Shown piece after piece: positions 24,367-28,842 of a stretch of 28,842 nt of DNA. Source of the stretch: a virus (lineage: Duplodnaviria; Caudoviricetes); IMG/VR virus record IMGVR_UViG_3300032327_000392, positions 1-28,842 of that record, one strand, 5' to 3'. The translations under genes were made by a program, and so were the position numbers. Within the stretch, counting starts at the first letter, position 1. Each line of letters opens with the position of its first letter. Below the pieces are notes generated by a model. The model was not told the origin of the DNA. It ran no database searches and saw nothing but the letters and a program-made list of their open reading frames with translations.

Positions 24367-24807
24367 ATGGCTGCCACAGATCAAGACTATACGCAAATGA
24401 AAGTTGATGTGGGTGTATTAAAGGTACAAGTAACACAACTAACGGAACTTTGCGCTAAAATGGACAAAGTAATAGATAAACTAATGGAAAATCAGGATAA
24501 ACTCGTGAATCAGATTTATGAAGATATTGACAATAAGAAAAAAGAAACTAATACAGACATAAAAGAATTGCATTCTAGAATCACTACTATTAGCCGTGAG
24601 TTATCAGATAAAGTTGAATTGACTGAACGTCGCATCATGGAACGTATCGAGAATCTCAGAACTGAGATATCCAATCATAATAAAAAAGAAGATGCTGAAT
24701 TAGGTAAAATACTTGAATGGAAATGGATGGTTGCTGGTGGTATTTTTCTCGCAGGCTTCTTGCTTTCTATGGTAAAAGTTGATATAATGAAGTTGTTCGG
24801 CAACTAA
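24367..24807 (+). CDS. Coiled-coil protein with a C-terminal transmembrane helix
   Basis: Heptad-rich N-terminal part followed by WKWMVAGGIFLAGFLLSMV. Confidence 0.7.
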   Translation: MAATDQDYTQMKVDVGVLKVQVTQLTELCAKMDKVIDKLMENQDKLVNQIYEDIDNKKKETNTDIKELHSRITTISRELSDKVELTERRIMERIENLRTEISNHNKKEDAELGKILEWKWMVAGGIFLAGFLLSMVKVDIMKLFGN

Positions 24808-24824
24808 ATTTATCTCCTTTCGCT

Positions 24825-25829
24825 ATGAGCGTCTACATTGACCGCAAATTCTTAAAGCTTCTGTCGCCCAAATTAGGCAAGTTCACTCAACGGCGTGAGG
24901 ACTTGTACAACTTTAGGTGCCCGTTCTGTGGCGATTCTCAAAAGAATCAATTCAAGGCCAGAGGCTATATCTACCGCAAAAAAGATGACTACTTCTATAA
25001 GTGTCAGAATTGTGGTATCGGCCATTCCATGTATAACTTTATCAGTCACCTGGATCCTGAAATGGTGAAAGAGTATGCGCTTGAAACATATTCAAATGTT
25101 AAAGTTCATATCGATGTAAAAGTCCCAGACTTTAAATTTGAAAAACCAATATTCAAAACAAAGATTAATCTACCAAAGATATCAGAATTAGATGATGAAC
25201 ATTATGCAAAAAAGTATTGCTTAAATCGAAAGTTTAGTGTAGAATGCTTAGACAAGCTCTACTTTGCAGAGAGTTTCAAACGATTCGTAGATGAAATTCT
25301 ACCAGACAATGAAAAGAATCTCAAAGAAGATGATCCTAGATTGATCATACCATTCTTCGATATTGATGGATCACTCCTCGCAATTCAAGGCAGAGCACTT
25401 CGTGATTCAAAGATTCGATATATAACTATCAAAATAAATCAAGATAGTATTAAGATATTTGGTCTAGACACAGTAGATAAAGAAAATAAAGTCTATGTGA
25501 CTGAAGGTCCTCTAGACTCTTTGTTTCTACCCAATGCAGTTGCTACTGCTGATGCAAATCTAACAAATGCAGTCAACTATATTGCTAAAGATAAATTGGT
25601 GTTGGTGTTTGACAATGAACCAAGAAACAAAGATATATGTAGACTTATGGATGAAGCAATCGAGAAACATTTTCAAATCTGTATCTGGCCAGAGATGATG
25701 CAAGAGAAAGATATCAACGATATGATTCTGAATGGATTCTCATCAGATGAGATAAAAGACATTATAGATAACAACACGTTTGTTAATCTCAGAGCAAAGT
25801 TTGAGTATACACAATGGAAAAAGATATAA
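24825..25829 (+). CDS. gp61: DNA primase (T4 gp61-like)
   Basis: Zn finger NFRCPFCGDS...CQNC, QGRAL, Toprim VTEGPLDS, FDNEPRN, KDINDM. Confidence 0.96.
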   Translation: MSVYIDRKFLKLLSPKLGKFTQRREDLYNFRCPFCGDSQKNQFKARGYIYRKKDDYFYKCQNCGIGHSMYNFISHLDPEMVKEYALETYSNVKVHIDVKVPDFKFEKPIFKTKINLPKISELDDEHYAKKYCLNRKFSVECLDKLYFAESFKRFVDEILPDNEKNLKEDDPRLIIPFFDIDGSLLAIQGRALRDSKIRYITIKINQDSIKIFGLDTVDKENKVYVTEGPLDSLFLPNAVATADANLTNAVNYIAKDKLVLVFDNEPRNKDICRLMDEAIEKHFQICIWPEMMQEKDINDMILNGFSSDEIKDIIDNNTFVNLRAKFEYTQWKKI

Positions 25830-25839
25830 GGAGTTTTGA

Positions 25840-26484
25840 ATGAAAGTTAGTCTAGTCTCTTATTCGCGGGATCTTGAGGATAGAAGTCTCCTTAATCAAG
25901 TTGCATACGCTGCACGAGTTTCTAATCCAGGTAATCAGAACAATGAAGAAACCGCAGAGAAACTAGTTCGATATCTGATTAAACATCAACATTGGTCTCC
26001 ACTTGAAATGGTATCATTGTGTTTAGAGATTGAAGTGACTAGAGATATTGCACGGCAGATTCTTCGTCATAGGTCATTCTCATTCCAAGAGTTTTCACAA
26101 CGATATGCTGTTGCAGATCTAGGTTGGGAATTAAAAGAAACGCGATTACAAGATACAAAGAATCGACAGAACAGTATTGAAACTGAAGATCATTTACTTG
26201 CAAATGATTGGTATCGTGCTCAACAACGAGTTCTATTCACAATTCAAAAAGAATATGATTGGGCAATTGCAAATGGTATTGCAAAAGAACAAGCTCGAGC
26301 TGTTCTTCCAGAAGGACTTACTTTATCGCGTATGTATATGAATGGAACTCTACGTTCATGGGTTCACTATATACAACTACGTTCTTCTAATGGAACACAA
26401 AAAGAACATCGTGATGTGGCACTCGCTTGTGCTAAAGCAATTGAACCAGTATTCCCTCTAATTACGGAGTTTACGAATGAATAG
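25840..26484 (+). CDS. thyX: Flavin-dependent thymidylate synthase
   Basis: HWSPLE, RHRSFSFQEFSQRY signature, TQKEHR. Confidence 0.97.
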   Translation: MKVSLVSYSRDLEDRSLLNQVAYAARVSNPGNQNNEETAEKLVRYLIKHQHWSPLEMVSLCLEIEVTRDIARQILRHRSFSFQEFSQRYAVADLGWELKETRLQDTKNRQNSIETEDHLLANDWYRAQQRVLFTIQKEYDWAIANGIAKEQARAVLPEGLTLSRMYMNGTLRSWVHYIQLRSSNGTQKEHRDVALACAKAIEPVFPLITEFTNE

Positions 26485-26842
26485 TCACGATGATGTTAAA
26501 GTTTTTATGGATGCATGTGATCAAACCGAAGTAGGTTTTACTGCGCAGGCAGCACTCTATATGAAACTAATACAAGAAGAATATGAAGAGTTAATGGAAG
26601 CATATAGAAATAATGACATAGTTGAAATTGCAGATGCGTGCGCTGATTTGAAATGGGTGATTGAGGGACTAGAACATACATTAGAATTACCACAACAAGA
26701 CATATGGAATGAAGTTGCACGGAGTAATCTAAGTAAGATATCATCAACAGGTAAAGTTTTAAAACGCGCAGATGGTAAAGTGTTGAAGCCAGAAGGATGG
26801 TCACCGCCAGATATTAAAAAAATACTAGAAGACAGGAATTAA
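26477..26842 (+). CDS. MazG/PRA-PH-like all-alpha NTP pyrophosphohydrolase
   Basis: LIQEEYEEL...EIADACADL...EVARSNLSK...DGKVLKP. Confidence 0.85.
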   Translation: MNSHDDVKVFMDACDQTEVGFTAQAALYMKLIQEEYEELMEAYRNNDIVEIADACADLKWVIEGLEHTLELPQQDIWNEVARSNLSKISSTGKVLKRADGKVLKPEGWSPPDIKKILEDRN

Positions 26843-26843
26843 A

Positions 26844-28658
26844 ATGGAAGACACAGTACATGGAATTAAAGTTGATTATTCTCGTGACAATCTATTTGAT
26901 GAATTAGGAATTAAACGACTTAAAGAGTCGTATATGAAAGAAAATGAGGCATCGCCGCAGGAGAGATTTGCATATGTTAGTAATGCTTTTGGATCAAATA
27001 AAGATCATGCTCAGCGTTTGTATGATTACTCTAGCAAGCATTGGCTTAGTTATTCTACTCCCATTCTTAGTTTTGGTCGCTCTAAGCGTGGCCTTCCTAT
27101 CTCATGCTTTCTTAACTTCATTGAAGATACTGCGGAGGGACTAGTTGACAACCTTTCTGAAACCAATTGGCTTTCTATGCTTGGTGGTGGTGTGGGTATC
27201 GGTTTTGGCATTCGCTCGGCTGATGATAAGTCTACGGGAGTTATGCCGCACCTTAAAATGTATGACGCATCATCTCTCGCCTATAGACAAGGTAGGACTC
27301 GGCGCGGTAGTTATGCTGCATATCTTGATATTAGCCACCCTGATATTATCTCCTTCTTAGAGATGAGAAAACCAACGGGTGATCCTAATCTCCGTTGCTT
27401 AAATCTTCATCATGGAATAAACATCACAGACAAATTCATGCAAATCATTGAAAAATGCATGATTGATCCTAATGCTGATGATTCGTGGGAATTAGTTGAT
27501 CCCTATTCTAAAGTGGTTCGTGAAACTGTTTCCGCAAAACATCTTTGGCAAATGATTCTTGAACTTCGAATGCATACTGGTGAACCATATCTACATTTCA
27601 TCGATACTAGTAATCGTGCTATGCCACAATTTCTAAAAGATCAAGGTTTGCAGATTATGCAATCAAATCTTTGTTCTGAGATTATTCTACCAACTAATGA
27701 AGAAAGAACAGCCGTATGTTGTCTATCTTCCGTTAATCTGGAGTACTATGATGAATGGAAGAACGAGCCACTTTTTCTACAAGACGTTGCCGAAATGTTG
27801 GACAACGTTTTGGAATATTTTATTAGTAATGCGCCTTCAACCATTCAACGCGCTATTTATTCCGCCTCTAATGAGCGGTCTATTGGTATTGGAGCTTTGG
27901 GATTTCATGCGTACTTACAGCAAAAAGGTATTGCGTTCGAAGGCGTAATGGCGAAAATTTGGAACAATAGTATTTTTAAAGATATAAGGAAAAAATTAGA
28001 TGATGCAAATCTTAAATTGGGTAAAGAAAGAGGTGAAGCTCCTGATGCCTTTGGTACTGGTTTACGATTTAGTCATCTTATGGCCATTGCTCCTAATGCT
28101 AGTTCTTCCATCATTATGGGGAACACTAGCCCTAGTATTGAGCCTTATCGGGCTAATGCTTATCGGCAAGATACTCTTTCAGGGTCGTTTTTAAACAAAA
28201 ACAAATATCTAGACAAGGTTATCCAAAAACATTTGCAATATGGAGATGAAAATGCTTCAAATAGTGCTGATGAATATAATGATATTTGGTCAAGCATTAT
28301 AGCTAATGATGGTTCTTGTCAACATCTAGAATGGTTAGATGAGAATGATAAGGCAGTCTTTAAAACTTCAATGGAAATCGATCAACGATGGGTAATTGAA
28401 CATGCTGCTGATCGTCAACAGTATATTGATCAAGCACAATCTTTGAATGTTTTCTTTAGACCAGACTCACATATCAAGTATATTCATGCTATTCACTTTA
28501 TGGCATGGAAAAAGGGTGTTAAGACTCTTTACTATTGTCGCTCTGAGAAACTTGCAAAAGCAGATAAAGTTTCTAAAAGAATTGAACGTCAAGTAATCAA
28601 AGAACTTGATATGTCTGCTTTAGTTCAAGGTAATGACTGTATAGCTTGCGAGGGATAA
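26844..28658 (+). CDS. nrdA: Class I ribonucleotide reductase alpha subunit (short form, no ATP cone)
   Basis: PISCF, SNLCSEI, IAPNASSS, TLYYCRS, C-terminal CIAC. Confidence 0.96.
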   Translation: MEDTVHGIKVDYSRDNLFDELGIKRLKESYMKENEASPQERFAYVSNAFGSNKDHAQRLYDYSSKHWLSYSTPILSFGRSKRGLPISCFLNFIEDTAEGLVDNLSETNWLSMLGGGVGIGFGIRSADDKSTGVMPHLKMYDASSLAYRQGRTRRGSYAAYLDISHPDIISFLEMRKPTGDPNLRCLNLHHGINITDKFMQIIEKCMIDPNADDSWELVDPYSKVVRETVSAKHLWQMILELRMHTGEPYLHFIDTSNRAMPQFLKDQGLQIMQSNLCSEIILPTNEERTAVCCLSSVNLEYYDEWKNEPLFLQDVAEMLDNVLEYFISNAPSTIQRAIYSASNERSIGIGALGFHAYLQQKGIAFEGVMAKIWNNSIFKDIRKKLDDANLKLGKERGEAPDAFGTGLRFSHLMAIAPNASSSIIMGNTSPSIEPYRANAYRQDTLSGSFLNKNKYLDKVIQKHLQYGDENASNSADEYNDIWSSIIANDGSCQHLEWLDENDKAVFKTSMEIDQRWVIEHAADRQQYIDQAQSLNVFFRPDSHIKYIHAIHFMAWKKGVKTLYYCRSEKLAKADKVSKRIERQVIKELDMSALVQGNDCIACEG

Positions 28659-28672
28659 AAAGGAGTAATAAA

Positions 28673-28842
28673 ATGCATTACAAATCAATCTTCATATCTG
28701 ATGTTCATTTGGGATCTAAAGAATGTAAGGCTGATAGACTAAATAATTTTCTAAAAGAAAATAGTTGTGATACATTATATCTTGTTGGTGATATTATTGA
28801 TGGGTGGAAAATACAACAAAACAAATTACAATGGAAACAAAG
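28673..28842 (+). CDS. LpxH-like (UDP-2,3-diacylglucosamine hydrolase family) metallophosphoesterase, 3' truncated
   Basis: Not in the ORF track. Manual translation gives MHYKSIFISDVHLGSKECKADRLNNFLKENSCDTLYLVGDIIDGWKIQ..., with DxH and GDxxD motifs; AAGGAG RBS. Confidence 0.85.
   Translation, partial: MHYKSIFISDVHLGSKECKADRLNNFLKENSCDTLYLVGDIIDGWKIQQNKLQWKQ

Noticed and set aside
24811-24820. TATCTCCTTT before the primase, a perfect minus-strand SD followed by TTG and a ~40-codon antisense ORF
   Set aside because: The ORF is short and featureless, lies antisense to a good gene, and there is no other minus-strand gene in the window; most likely chance.
1209-26804. Minus-strand ORFs in the six-frame track
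   Set aside because: All are short, lie antisense to well-supported plus-strand genes and lack recognisable motifs.

Overview
This is a 28.8 kb, AT-rich, all plus-strand segment of a T4-like (Tevenvirinae/cyanophage-like) myophage genome. Spanins indicate a Gram-negative host. From left to right it holds: (1) the end of a tRNA cluster, with tRNA-Leu(TAA) followed by a complete CAT-anticodon tRNA nested inside a split, broken tRNA gene; (2) the replication core (Sm-like ORF, gp43, uvsX, gp40-like, gp41); (3) a DUF4338/DruA-like gene and a PD-(D/E)XK nuclease-like gene; (4) a 7.2 kb glycan-modification island; (5) a late-promoter-driven cluster of predicted head-packaged proteins with T4 capsid-targeting-like N-termini and modular polyproteins punctuated by Glu linkers, including a His-rich ligase-like protein and a HIGH nucleotidyltransferase/P-loop fusion; (6) a clustered lysis cassette (GH19 endolysin, Rz with embedded Rz1, holin); and (7) gp61 primase, thyX, a MazG-like gene, nrdA and the start of an LpxH-like gene. 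The strongest novelty candidates are the tRNA-inside-a-tRNA element and the protease-cleavable, probably injected polyprotein/enzyme cluster. All family calls come from motif recognition by eye; no searches were run.
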